From Verrucomicrobiales bacterium (GTDB lineage: Bacteria; Verrucomicrobiota; Verrucomicrobiia; Verrucomicrobiales; V1-33), in assembly GCA_031411295.1 (NCBI GenBank), contig JANOAV010000087.1, forward strand, positions 96,001-160,000: 64,000 nucleotides of DNA, given 5' to 3'. Under the pieces are notes generated by a model. The model saw only the letters and a list, made by a program, of their open reading frames with translations, was not told the DNA's origin and did no database searches. The translations under genes were made by a program, and so were the position numbers. Of the stretch, positions 1-10,282 are shown piece by piece; the stretch's first letter is position 1, and each line of letters begins with the position of its first letter.

Positions 1-2963
1 GCCACGTCCACACCGTCCGCTCTGCCAAGAAGATGATCGAACGCCGCACACCGGAAGTTTGGGACATCCTGGAAGAAGTGACCAAGGGCCACCCGATCCT
101 CCTGAATCGTGCGCCAACACTGCACCGTTTGTCCATCCAGGCATTCGAGCCCGTGCTCATCGAAGGTGATGCGATCCGCGTTCACCCCCTCGTTTGCACA
201 GCTTACAATGCTGACTTCGATGGTGACCAAATGGCGGTGCACGTTCCGCTTTCCGTGGAAGCGCAGATGGAAGCTCGCTTGCTGATGCTCGCGACCAATA
301 ACATCTTCTCGCCTTCCAGCGGTAAGCCCGTCAACACGCCATCTCAGGATATTACCCTGGGCATGTATTTCTTGACCCACACCCGCAATCTCCCCACCAA
401 GGACAAAGTCGAGCCGCGGAAGCCGCTCTTCGAGAACCTCGGAGAAGTCGAGTTTGCCCTGCAGGAAAAGGGCGTCGAGATGCACCAAACGATTCTCTAC
501 AAGAATCCGGATCGGGGCAAAAACACCCTGTTTGGTGACAACGAAAAGAGCGTCATCGAGACCACCCCAGGTCGTGTTCGTTTCAACGACATCTGGCCTC
601 CCGCCATGGGCTTCATCAACAAGACCTGTTCCAAGAAGGAACTCTCCGACATCATCTGGCGTTGCTGGCAAGTTGCCGGCAGCGAGGAAACGGTGCTGGC
701 GCTTGACCGCATGAAGACCCTCGGATTCACCTCCGCCATGATGTCCGGTATTTCCATCGGTATCACCGACATGGTGATTCCAGTGGAAAAGGAAGCCGAA
801 TTGGCTCGCAGCTACGTCCGGCTCGAAGAAATCGAGAAGCAATTCAAACGCGGCGTCATCACCGATCGCGAGCGCCATAACATGGTCATCGATTTGTGGA
901 CCCACGCTTCGGATCACATTACCTCCAACCTCTTCCGCACCCTCGAATTCAACGAAGGCAAGAAGAACGCCAATCCGCTCTATCTCATGGTCACCTCTGG
1001 TGCTCGTGGTAACAAGCAGCAGATCAAGCAGTTGGGCGGGATGCGCGGCCTCATGGCCAAACCTTCCGGTGAAATTATCGAACGCCCGATTACCTCCAAC
1101 TTCCGCGAGGGTCTGACCGTTCTCGAATACTTCATCTCCACCCACGGTGCTCGTAAGGGTCTCTCCGATACCGCTTTGAAGACCGCTGACTCCGGATACA
1201 TGACGCGGAAACTCGTCGATGTGGCCCAGGACGTCATCGTTTACGAAGAAGATTGTGGCACCAGCAATGGCATTCACGTCGGCTCCATTTACGAAGGTGA
1301 CGAAGAAATCGTGGACCTCAAGACCCGGATCTACGGACGCGCTTCGGGCGAGTCCATCAAGGACCCCGTCACCAAGGAATCCATCGTCAAAGCCGGTGAC
1401 GTCGTCACGGAGAAACAAGCGATCCGCCTGATGCAAATCGGCGTGGAGCAAATGAAGATTCGTTCCGTGCTTACCTGCGAAAGCAAGCGTGGTTGCTGTG
1501 CGACCTGTTACGGCCTGCACCTCGGCACCGGCTACCGGGTCAACGTGGGCGAAGCGGTCGGCATTATTGCCGCCCAGTCCATCGGTGAACCAGGAACGCA
1601 GCTCACCATGCGGACGTTCCATACGGGTGGTGCGGCTTCTGGTGCGTTCAAACAACCAATCGTCAAAGTCAAAGTCGGCGGCACCGTTCGTTACAACGAT
1701 CTGCGCACCGTTAAGGGCATCGATGGCAACTGGGTGGTCCTCACCAAGAACGGCTCCCTCACCATCCATGATGATGACGGCAAGGAAATCGAAGGACACA
1801 AACTCGTCATCGGATCCATCATTTACGTGGCGGACGGAGCGAAGATCAAGAAGGGCGAAACGCTCGTCACTTGGGAACAACACGCCGTCCCCGTGATTAC
1901 GGAGAAAGAAGGCCGCGTTGATTTCCGCGACATGATCCAAGGCATCACCCTCGGTAAATCCGCCGATAAAGGCAGCGACACCCTCGTCGTCCTCGAACAC
2001 AAAGAAGACCTGCACCCGCAGATCGTTATTGTGAACAAGAAGACCAAGGAAGTCCTCGCCAGTTACACCATTCCCGCAGGCGCCAACCTCATCGTCAAAA
2101 AAGGCGACGACGTGGCGGCCGGCACCATCTTGGCCAAGACGCCGCGTAAGGCGTCCAAAGCCAAGGACATTACGGGTGGTCTCCCCCGGGTGGCCGAACT
2201 CTTCGAAGCCCGGAAACCCAAAGATCACGCGGAAATCGCCAAGATTGACGGGATCGTTTCCCTCGGCGGCTTAGTGCGCGGCAAACGCAAAGTCATCGTG
2301 ACCGATACGGAAACCGGAGAAGAGGAAGAACACCTCGTCCCTCGTTCCAAGCACATCATCATGTTCGACGGAGACCTCGTCAAGAAGGGCGACCAACTCA
2401 CCGAAGGTCCCGTCGTGCCGCATGAAATTCTGGAGATCCTTGGGCCACACCAACTGCAAGAACACTTGGTCAACGAAGTGCAGGAAGTTTACCGCCTGCA
2501 AGGGGTTGAAATCAATGACAAGCACATTGAAATCATCATCCGCCAAATGCTCCGCAAAGTCAAAATCAGCGATCCCGGTGATACCGAGTTCCTCTGGGGT
2601 GACCAAGTCGAGCGTCTGGACTTCGAAGAGGTCAATCGTCACATCACCGAGCAAGGTGGTAAGCCTGCCGAAGGCGAGCCCGTCCTGCTGGGGATCACCA
2701 AGGCCTCCTTGGAGACCGACAGCTTCATCTCTGCCGCGTCCTTCCAAGACACCACCCGTGTGCTCACCGATGCTGCCACCCTTGGCAAAATCGACGTCCT
2801 GCGCGGCTTCAAGGAAAACGTCATCATGGGTCACCTCATTCCGGCCGGCACTGGCTTCCACATTCACAAGGAAATCCGCGTGCATGAAAACAACCAAGCC
2901 CCCGGCAAAGACGGCCTAGACGAAATCGACGACGAAGCCGACATCCTCCTGGAAAACGCCTAG
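1..2963 (+). CDS. rpoC: DNA-directed RNA polymerase subunit beta' (5'-partial; frame is open from the window start)
   Basis: Catalytic NADFDGD motif, plus [39 protein letters not shown] and C-terminal [22 protein letters not shown] motifs. Confidence 0.99.
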   Translation, partial: HVHTVRSAKKMIERRTPEVWDILEEVTKGHPILLNRAPTLHRLSIQAFEPVLIEGDAIRVHPLVCTAYNADFDGDQMAVHVPLSVEAQMEARLLMLATNNIFSPSSGKPVNTPSQDITLGMYFLTHTRNLPTKDKVEPRKPLFENLGEVEFALQEKGVEMHQTILYKNPDRGKNTLFGDNEKSVIETTPGRVRFNDIWPPAMGFINKTCSKKELSDIIWRCWQVAGSEETVLALDRMKTLGFTSAMMSGISIGITDMVIPVEKEAELARSYVRLEEIEKQFKRGVITDRERHNMVIDLWTHASDHITSNLFRTLEFNEGKKNANPLYLMVTSGARGNKQQIKQLGGMRGLMAKPSGEIIERPITSNFREGLTVLEYFISTHGARKGLSDTALKTADSGYMTRKLVDVAQDVIVYEEDCGTSNGIHVGSIYEGDEEIVDLKTRIYGRASGESIKDPVTKESIVKAGDVVTEKQAIRLMQIGVEQMKIRSVLTCESKRGCCATCYGLHLGTGYRVNVGEAVGIIAAQSIGEPGTQLTMRTFHTGGAASGAFKQPIVKVKVGGTVRYNDLRTVKGIDGNWVVLTKNGSLTIHDDDGKEIEGHKLVIGSIIYVADGAKIKKGETLVTWEQHAVPVITEKEGRVDFRDMIQGITLGKSADKGSDTLVVLEHKEDLHPQIVIVNKKTKEVLASYTIPAGANLIVKKGDDVAAGTILAKTPRKASKAKDITGGLPRVAELFEARKPKDHAEIAKIDGIVSLGGLVRGKRKVIVTDTETGEEEEHLVPRSKHIIMFDGDLVKKGDQLTEGPVVPHEILEILGPHQLQEHLVNEVQEVYRLQGVEINDKHIEIIIRQMLRKVKISDPGDTEFLWGDQVERLDFEEVNRHITEQGGKPAEGEPVLLGITKASLETDSFISAASFQDTTRVLTDAATLGKIDVLRGFKENVIMGHLIPAGTGFHIHKEIRVHENNQAPGKDGLDEIDDEADILLENA

Positions 2964-2973
2964 CAAAAGCAAA

Positions 2974-2995
2974 GTGGCACGGGCGTCCCGCCCGT
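2974..2995 (+). repeat. REP-like palindrome (GTGG followed by ACGGGCG-tcc-CGCCCGT hairpin)
   Basis: A GT(A/G)G tetranucleotide followed by a 7-bp hairpin is the layout of REP elements. An identical copy lies at 13819-13840. Confidence 0.45.
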
Positions 2996-3018
2996 AAGCC
3001 AACAACAACATCACGCCA

Positions 3019-3046
3019 ACGGGCGGCCTCGCAAGAGGCCGCCCGT
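3019..3046 (+). terminator. Hairpin downstream of rpoC (12-bp stem, GCAA tetraloop)
   Basis: ACGGGCGGCCTC-GCAA-GAGGCCGCCCGT is a perfect stem with only a weak U-tract. Confidence 0.7.
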
Positions 3047-3160
3047 AATGCGTGATGCAGTAGGATCGAACAGGCTCCCCGAGCGTTGGCTTGTAACCCA
3101 CGCACAATACTCACCATTTACCTAGCGAGATGAATTGCCCGTGCTATTGAGTAAACTAGT

Positions 3161-6100
3161 ATGCCAGTGATTTTTGACAATATTGAGACCCCGTTTTTGC
3201 CCGCGATACGCAGTGCGCTGGAAGCCTCATTTCGTGGTGACTTTTGCGTGGGTTATTTTAATTTGCGCGGGTGGCGACATTTAGCGGACGCGGTGGACCT
3301 GTGGCCCGGCGGGGAGGGAAACGCTGCGCGGATACTTGTGGGTATGTCACGCCAAACAGAGCGGGATCTAGCGATTCTCTTCGGATCGAGGCATGAGGAT
3401 CGCATCGACAATCGAAGTGCCCTCAAGCTACGCAAACAAATCGTAACGGAGTTCCGACGACAACTTACCATTGGGCTACCCACTGATGCTGATCAGGCTG
3501 GGCTGCTAAATCTGGCCCGTCAACTCAGAGAAAAGAAAGTCGTAGTGAAGCTCTTCCTCCGCTACTCACTGCACGCCAAGCTCTACCTCGCGCACCGGGA
3601 GGACGCTTTCCATCCGGTCATCGCATATCTGGGCAGTAGCAACCTTACGTTCTCCGGCCTCTCCGGGCAGGGGGAACTCAACATTGACGTGATGGATGGA
3701 GATGCTGCAAAGAAGCTTTGCTCATGGTTTAACGATCGATGGGATGATGCTTGGTGCTTGGACATCTCCGAGGATTTGGCCCAGCTCATCGAGGAAAGCT
3801 GGGCTAGCGAGGCTACCCCTCCATGGCATATTTATTTAAAAATCGCGTGGCATCTTTCACGTGACGCGCGCGATGGAAATCAAGAGTTTCGCCTGCCTGC
3901 CGACGTGGCCCATGACCTCATGCCCTTTCAGACTAACGCCGTCAAACTAGCCTGCCGTCATCTTAACAAGCGCGGCGGAGTCCTGGTTGGGGACGTGGTT
4001 GGCTTGGGGAAAACTCGCATTGCCTCCGCTATCGCCCGTGTCATAGGCGACGATCACTTTCTGGAAACTTTGATTTTGTGCCCCAAGAATTTGAAAACGA
4101 TGTGGGAGGATTACGCGCATCGCTATAAATTTCGGGCCCACCGCGTCATGAGTCATAGTGAAGTGCTACGCGATCTTAACGATGATTTTCCCCGCTACCG
4201 CTTGGTAATCATTGATGAATCACACAATTTCCGCAATCGCGAAGGCCGCACCTACCAGGCCATCCGTGCCTATTTGGAGAGAAATGAATCTAAGGTTGTG
4301 CTTCTAAGCGCCACTCCTTATAACAAGACCTACCTTGATTTAGCTAGCCAGTTGCGTCTCTTCGTGCCAGAGCAAAAGGACATTGGCATCCGTCCAGAAA
4401 TTTTGCTACAAGAAATGGGAGACAGCCAATTCAGCCTTAAGCATCCCAATATCCCGTTGTCCTCACTAGCCGCGTTTGAGGAGAGCGAGCACCCGGATGA
4501 CTGGCGGGAAGTGATGCGTTTATTCATGGTCCGCCGCACGCGTAGTTTCATCATCCGCAACTACGCTGAGCTTGATGCTGCCACGGGCCGTGCATTTCTC
4601 ACCTTGCCCGGTGGCGTGCGTGTTTATCTTCCAGAGCGGAAACCTTGCACCATTAAGTTCCGCTCGGACCCCGATGACCCGGGCGATCCCTACGGGCGCC
4701 TCTTGCGTCCAGAAGTGGTTGATATTATCGACGGCCTTGAGTTACCGCGCTACGGCTTGGCTATTTACAAAAAGAAGAAACTCCCCACCGACCTATCCGC
4801 AGCGGAGTTGCGTCTGATGGACGATCTCACACGCGCTGGGAAACGCCTCAAAGGATTCTGCCGCACCAATCTCTTTAAGCGGTTGGAAAGCTCTGGCGAA
4901 GCCTTTCGCCTTTCCCTCCACCGACACGTCCTACGTAATTATCTCTTCCTCCACGCTTTGCAAAATAGTCTGCCAATCCCCATCGGTCAGCAAGGCGCGG
5001 AGTTATTGGACACCCGCTTTAATGATAACAGCGAGGGCGAACTCAATTTAGAAGATGAAGAAGAACCACTGCCACCGGCAGGGAAATGGACCACTGATGA
5101 CTTCCAGCGCCAAGCGGGCGACCTCTACGAATTTCTTAGCACCAAGAAAAAGAAGTCCTTCCGCTGGCTGCGTTCAGACGTCTTTGAAAAGAAACTTAGC
5201 ACCTATCTTCGAGCCGATGCTGACGCCCTCCACGGCTTGCTAGAAGGAATGAAGAACGCGACTACGGAGCATGACTTCAAGCTCCAGAAATTAGTGGATC
5301 TGCTCACCACTCACCGTGATCGCAAATTTCTCATCTTTACCCAGTTTGCCGATACTGCACTCTACCTGCGAGATTCCCTACTTAGCGCTGGCTTGGATCA
5401 GTTAGACTGCGCCACCGGCCAATCCGAAAATCCTGCTGCCCAAGCCTGGAAATTCTCACCCGAGTCCAATCATAAACTCAAGGAACACCCAGCGGGGAAA
5501 CAAACTCGCATCCTCATCGCCACAGATGTGCTCTCCGAAGGCCAAAATCTGCAGGATGCCTACTGCGTGGTAAACTATGATTTACCCTGGGCTCTCATCC
5601 GACTTATCCAGCGTGCAGGCCGCGTGGATCGCATTGGGCAGAAGGCCGATGTCATCAACTGCTACTCCTTTTTCCCGTCGGATGGCGTGGAGAAAATCAT
5701 CAAACTCCGCCAGCGCTTGCTACATCGTCTCCACCAGAACGAAGAAGTCGTAGGCTCAGATGAATCTTTCTTTGAAGACCAAACTGCCGAAGATGAGAAC
5801 GGCTTAGGAAACCTTTACAACGAAAAATCCGGCGTGTTAGACGAGCCAGATGATGACGAAGTGGACCTCACCTCCGAGGCCTACGAAATCTGGGCCGCCG
5901 CCATCAGGGCAGACCCCACCATCCGCGAGAAAATAGAAAACCTCCCCGATGTCGTATACTCCACCAAACCCCACACACCTGATCCCGAGCGCCCCGCCTT
6001 CACCCCGCCCGGCGTTTTAGTCTATGTCCGCACTGCGCAGGAAAATGATGCGCTTCTGTGGCTGGACGAAACAGGCCAACCCGTGACGGAATCTCCCGTC

Positions 6101-6541
6101 CGCGTTCTCCGGGCCGCTGCCTGCCAACCAGATACGCCCGCTCTAGCCCGTCGCGCAGACCATCATTCCCTCGTCGGCAAAGCCCTCCATCACGTCCACG
6201 AAGAACGCCAGCATACCCAGACCGGCCAACTAGGCCGCAGGACCGGAGCCCGCTACCGGGCCTACGAACGGCTCAATGAATTCCTCCGCCACCGCCAGGG
6301 CGATCTCTTCCTTACAGACCACGTCCGTTCAGCCATCCAAGCCATCTACGACCACCCCCTCACCACCGAAGCCGCAGACAAACTCAACCGCCAACTCCGC
6401 TTAGGCATTTCGGATGACGACCTTGCAGACCTAGCCACAGGCCTCCACCGTGACGATCGCCTAGTCTTAGTCAACCTCCACGATCCTGGCCTGCGGGAGC
6501 CGCACATTCTGTGCTCCATGGGACTATCTACCCCAGAATGA
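3161..6541 (+). CDS. PLD (HKD) nuclease fused to an SNF2-like SF2 helicase, likely the restriction subunit
   Basis: LHAKLYL...GSSNLT...GELN PLD motif; Walker A DVVGLGKT; IIDESHNFRN; LLSATP; motif VI QRAGRVDRIGQ. Confidence 0.9.
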   Translation: MPVIFDNIETPFLPAIRSALEASFRGDFCVGYFNLRGWRHLADAVDLWPGGEGNAARILVGMSRQTERDLAILFGSRHEDRIDNRSALKLRKQIVTEFRRQLTIGLPTDADQAGLLNLARQLREKKVVVKLFLRYSLHAKLYLAHREDAFHPVIAYLGSSNLTFSGLSGQGELNIDVMDGDAAKKLCSWFNDRWDDAWCLDISEDLAQLIEESWASEATPPWHIYLKIAWHLSRDARDGNQEFRLPADVAHDLMPFQTNAVKLACRHLNKRGGVLVGDVVGLGKTRIASAIARVIGDDHFLETLILCPKNLKTMWEDYAHRYKFRAHRVMSHSEVLRDLNDDFPRYRLVIIDESHNFRNREGRTYQAIRAYLERNESKVVLLSATPYNKTYLDLASQLRLFVPEQKDIGIRPEILLQEMGDSQFSLKHPNIPLSSLAAFEESEHPDDWREVMRLFMVRRTRSFIIRNYAELDAATGRAFLTLPGGVRVYLPERKPCTIKFRSDPDDPGDPYGRLLRPEVVDIIDGLELPRYGLAIYKKKKLPTDLSAAELRLMDDLTRAGKRLKGFCRTNLFKRLESSGEAFRLSLHRHVLRNYLFLHALQNSLPIPIGQQGAELLDTRFNDNSEGELNLEDEEEPLPPAGKWTTDDFQRQAGDLYEFLSTKKKKSFRWLRSDVFEKKLSTYLRADADALHGLLEGMKNATTEHDFKLQKLVDLLTTHRDRKFLIFTQFADTALYLRDSLLSAGLDQLDCATGQSENPAAQAWKFSPESNHKLKEHPAGKQTRILIATDVLSEGQNLQDAYCVVNYDLPWALIRLIQRAGRVDRIGQKADVINCYSFFPSDGVEKIIKLRQRLLHRLHQNEEVVGSDESFFEDQTAEDENGLGNLYNEKSGVLDEPDDDEVDLTSEAYEIWAAAIRADPTIREKIENLPDVVYSTKPHTPDPERPAFTPPGVLVYVRTAQENDALLWLDETGQPVTESPVRVLRAAACQPDTPALARRADHHSLVGKALHHVHEERQHTQTGQLGRRTGARYRAYERLNEFLRHRQGDLFLTDHVRSAIQAIYDHPLTTEAADKLNRQLRLGISDDDLADLATGLHRDDRLVLVNLHDPGLREPHILCSMGLSTPE

Positions 6542-6652
6542 AAAATTGGAGCGGCCAGGGGAGTATTACTCCTCGGGAACGGAGGAGTCCGAACCACACT
6601 AGTCGCTTTCCATTGATGACATTCTAATCTAGCTTGCGCAAATTCTAAATTA

Positions 6653-9600
6653 ATGCCTGTCCGAAAACTAAATACTATCAACGCCCGGAAGCTTCTCCAA
6701 AGTTTCCGGTTTGCAGACCTGTTCATAGAAGAACTCGGATGGCTCAATGCTGCTACTAGCAAAGTCCATCGCCTCACACATGAGGGAACTAAATGGCAGG
6801 CTGTTGAAGTTTCCCACCTCTCCGGCTTCCGCGTTTTTGAAGTCACCCCCGAAGTGCTCAACACCCCCATGCCGGACGCACAGACCCAGATGGCATTGTG
6901 GAAACAAATCGTGCTTCAAAGCATTGAGAATATCGTTATCTTCACAGATCAAGCCCGCACCCAGTCGCTGTGGCTTTGGATGAAGCGGGACGGAAAACGC
7001 ACCATCGCCCGGCGGCATCATTTCATTAAAGGCCAGCCTGGGGACCTTTTTCTATCCCGCTTAGCCGCACTTACCGTGGACATTGCGGAGTTGGATGAGC
7101 ACGGGAATATCCCCATCACAGATACTGCCGAACGCGTCCGCTCCGCCTTGGACATCGAAGCTGTAACCAAGCGCTTCTTCAAAGACTTCCAAGAACAACA
7201 CATCGCCTTTCTGGAACTCATCCATGGCATTAAAGACGACCGCCAACGCCGCTGGTATGCGTCTGTGCTTTTGAATAGGCTCATGTTTATCTGGTTCCTC
7301 CAGGAAAAAGGGTTTCTTGATGGCGGTAACCGCACTTACCTGAGAGACAAATTAGCCATCTCTCAGAAGCAGGAAAAAAACAAATTCTTCCGCCAATTCT
7401 TGAAGGATCTATTTTTTGAAGGGTTTGCCAAGCCGCCAGCCAAGAGGGAATGCTCTAGTGGCATCCCGCTCGGCACCATTCCCTATCTTAACGGCGGCCT
7501 TTTCCTGCCGCATAAACTCGAAGACCCCACCAAGCACCCGAAACTGGATGTGCCGGACGAAGCCTTTGAAAACGTCTTCGCCCTCTTTGCCCGCTATTCC
7601 TGGAGTCTCGATGACACCCCTGGCGGCAAAGACGATGAAATCAATCCCGACGTGCTCGGCTACATTTTCGAGAAATACATCAATCAAAAAGACTTTGGAG
7701 CCTACTACACCCGGCCGGAAATCACCGAATACCTTTGCGAGCAAACCATCCATCAGCTAGTTTTAGATGCTGCCCATGACTACTTGGGAGCCAAGCTCTC
7801 TCCAGCCAGCGCTGCCAAAGTCTCCGCTACCCTCAAGATTGACACCAGCACCCGGTTCGAGTCCATTGCCGATCTGCTTTTCCGGGCTTCGGGGCCGCTT
7901 GTGGGGCATTTGCTGCATACCGTCCTGCCGCGTATGGCCTTGTTGGATCCTGCTTGTGGCTCTGGCGCATTCTTGGTCGCAGCTCTGAAAACATTGCTCA
8001 ATCTTTACACTGGCCTCATCGGCCGGGCGGAGGCGCTCAGCCATCGGCCAGTGCTTCAAGCCATCGAGAAGGAGCGCGCCAAACACAAAGCATCCCTCGC
8101 CTATTGGGTGAAGCGGCGCATCATCACGGATAATCTTTACGGCGTGGACATCATGGAGGAGGCCACAGAAATAGCCAAACTCCGACTTTTCCTAGCCATG
8201 GTTGCCAGTGCAGACACTGCGGATAAATTAGAGCCACTCCCGAACATTGAGTTCAACATCCTCCCTGGAAATTCCCTCCTTGGCCTCCTCCATGTTGACC
8301 CAGCGGCCTTCGACTTATCCAACGGCCCCAGACGTCAGAGCGCCTTGAAACTCAAGACCGCCCCCACCCATGATGAACTGGGCATGGATGTGGAAATCTC
8401 CATCGCCCCCACGGACAAGGAAAAAGCCGCTGCCTACCTAGCTTCCAGACATTCCTCCAAATACGCCGATCTTTTGCGGGAAAAGAACCGCCGCATCGAA
8501 CTCTATAAAAAAGCCGCCGCCGACTATGAGGACCTCCGCTCCGTGCGGGATTCCATCGAAGCCATCAAATCCGAGGCCCGCCTTGTGCTAGACCGCTTGC
8601 TTCTGGAGCAATTCCAAGTGCAAGGCATCCGATTCTCCCAGGCCACCTGGGATGAGAAAAAAGGCACCGAGGGCAAGCCTGAACTACGCAAACTCGCCAT
8701 TTCCGACCTCCGCACAGAAGAAGCCAAGCCGTTCCATTGGGGCTATGAGTTCGATGAAGTCCTCGCTCGTGGCGGTTTCGATGCCATCATCACCAATCCG
8801 CCTTGGGAAATCTTCAAACCGCAAGCTAAGGAATTCTTCGACGACCACTCCGAGATCGTCACCAAGAACAGCATGCGCATTGAGGACTTTGAAAAAGAGA
8901 AAAAGAAAATGCTCAAAGACGAAAGCATTCGCGAGGCATGGTTGGAATACCTCAGCCGCTTCCCGCACCTCAGCGAGTGGTTCCGTTCAGCTCCTCAGTT
9001 TGCCAATCAGATTAGCATCGTCAACGGGCGCAAAGCTGGCACAGACATCAACCTCTACAAACTTTTTACCGAGCAGTGCCTCAACCTCCTACGGCCACAC
9101 GGCTACTGCGGCATCGTCATTCCCAGCGGCATCTATACGGACCTCGGGGCTAAGCAACTGCGCGTCATGCTCATGGAGCAGAATCGCATCACAGGTTTGT
9201 TTGGGTTTGAAAACAGACGCGCGATTTTTGATGGCGTGCATCGTAGTTTCAAATTCATCGTTCTCTCCTGCCGACGCGGAGGTAGGACTGTGAGTTTCCC
9301 TGCTGCCTTCATGCGTTTGGACCCCAAGGAACTCATAGGCTGGCCCGGGCCAGATGCCCTTCCGTTAACTCCAGAACTCATCGCTAGACTGAGCCCGGAT
9401 ACCCTGTCCATCATGGAGTTCCATTCAGCGCTGGACGTGGAAATCGCTGAAAAAATGCTGCGTTATCCGGTGTTGGGAGAAGCGGTTCCTGGGGCGTGGA
9501 AGATATCGTTTACTGCGGAATTCCATATGACAAATGACAGCCATCTATTTCATAATTCACCCGGAAAGAGTAGGATGCCGGTATTTGAAGGAAAGATGAT

Positions 9601-10270
9601 ACACCAGTTTCAACATGCTCTTGCCACTCCGCGATATTGGGTGGAGGAGACGGAGGGCCGCTCCTGTGTTCTGGGCCGTGAACAGGACCTGAAGCAAGCG
9701 CTAGATTACCAGCGTTATCGTCTGTGCTTCAGAGACATTGCCCGCAACACGGATAATCGGACGCTAATAAGCACAGTAATCCCTCCCGGTAGATTTTGCG
9801 GAAATACGCTGATCAGTTCAACAAGTCCGCACGATGTTTCTACTTTGTTAGCAATTACTTCTCTTTTCACTAGTTTCACTATCGATTGGCTAATTCGGCA
9901 AAAAGTAACGGCTCATTGTAACATTTTTTACATGATGCAACTCCCCATCCCCCGCCTAACCGTCAAGGACAGCGCATTCCGCCCTCTGATGGAACGAGCC
10001 GCCCGGCTGGTCGGCACGACCGCCGAGTTTGATGCATTGCTCAAGGAAGTATTTGGCCCTAAGGCCACCCATAAGAGTCATGGCGTCAGTGATCCTATGG
10101 ACCGCCAAAAGCTCCGTGCGGAAATCGACGCTTTAGTGGCGCAACTCTACGGCCTAACAGAGTCGGAGTTCGCCCACATCCTAGGCACCTTTCCCCTGGT
10201 GGATGAGAGCATCAAAGTGCAAACTCGGAACACTTTCCGGGAGCTTGCACAATTCGGGAAATTTGCGTAA
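6653..10270 (+). CDS. Large N6-adenine DNA methyltransferase (Eco57I/type IIG-like) with C-terminal target-recognition region
   Basis: GAYYT, motif I LLDPACGSGAFL, GVDI, motif IV ITNPPW, and a C-terminal EIDALVAQLYGLT helix typical of this family. Confidence 0.9.
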   Translation: MPVRKLNTINARKLLQSFRFADLFIEELGWLNAATSKVHRLTHEGTKWQAVEVSHLSGFRVFEVTPEVLNTPMPDAQTQMALWKQIVLQSIENIVIFTDQARTQSLWLWMKRDGKRTIARRHHFIKGQPGDLFLSRLAALTVDIAELDEHGNIPITDTAERVRSALDIEAVTKRFFKDFQEQHIAFLELIHGIKDDRQRRWYASVLLNRLMFIWFLQEKGFLDGGNRTYLRDKLAISQKQEKNKFFRQFLKDLFFEGFAKPPAKRECSSGIPLGTIPYLNGGLFLPHKLEDPTKHPKLDVPDEAFENVFALFARYSWSLDDTPGGKDDEINPDVLGYIFEKYINQKDFGAYYTRPEITEYLCEQTIHQLVLDAAHDYLGAKLSPASAAKVSATLKIDTSTRFESIADLLFRASGPLVGHLLHTVLPRMALLDPACGSGAFLVAALKTLLNLYTGLIGRAEALSHRPVLQAIEKERAKHKASLAYWVKRRIITDNLYGVDIMEEATEIAKLRLFLAMVASADTADKLEPLPNIEFNILPGNSLLGLLHVDPAAFDLSNGPRRQSALKLKTAPTHDELGMDVEISIAPTDKEKAAAYLASRHSSKYADLLREKNRRIELYKKAAADYEDLRSVRDSIEAIKSEARLVLDRLLLEQFQVQGIRFSQATWDEKKGTEGKPELRKLAISDLRTEEAKPFHWGYEFDEVLARGGFDAIITNPPWEIFKPQAKEFFDDHSEIVTKNSMRIEDFEKEKKKMLKDESIREAWLEYLSRFPHLSEWFRSAPQFANQISIVNGRKAGTDINLYKLFTEQCLNLLRPHGYCGIVIPSGIYTDLGAKQLRVMLMEQNRITGLFGFENRRAIFDGVHRSFKFIVLSCRRGGRTVSFPAAFMRLDPKELIGWPGPDALPLTPELIARLSPDTLSIMEFHSALDVEIAEKMLRYPVLGEAVPGAWKISFTAEFHMTNDSHLFHNSPGKSRMPVFEGKMIHQFQHALATPRYWVEETEGRSCVLGREQDLKQALDYQRYRLCFRDIARNTDNRTLISTVIPPGRFCGNTLISSTSPHDVSTLLAITSLFTSFTIDWLIRQKVTAHCNIFYMMQLPIPRLTVKDSAFRPLMERAARLVGTTAEFDALLKEVFGPKATHKSHGVSDPMDRQKLRAEIDALVAQLYGLTESEFAHILGTFPLVDESIKVQTRNTFRELAQFGKFA

Positions 10271-10282
10271 ACGCTGACAGCC

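Larger units (their letters stand above)
2694..3046 (+). repeat. Left copy of ~350-bp direct repeat (rpoC last 89 codons, 3' UTR and terminator)
   Basis: Direct comparison with 13539-13897 (offset 10,845 bp): 7 mismatches in the 270 coding bp, identical for 41 bp after the stop, and a similar terminator hairpin. Confidence 0.97.
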
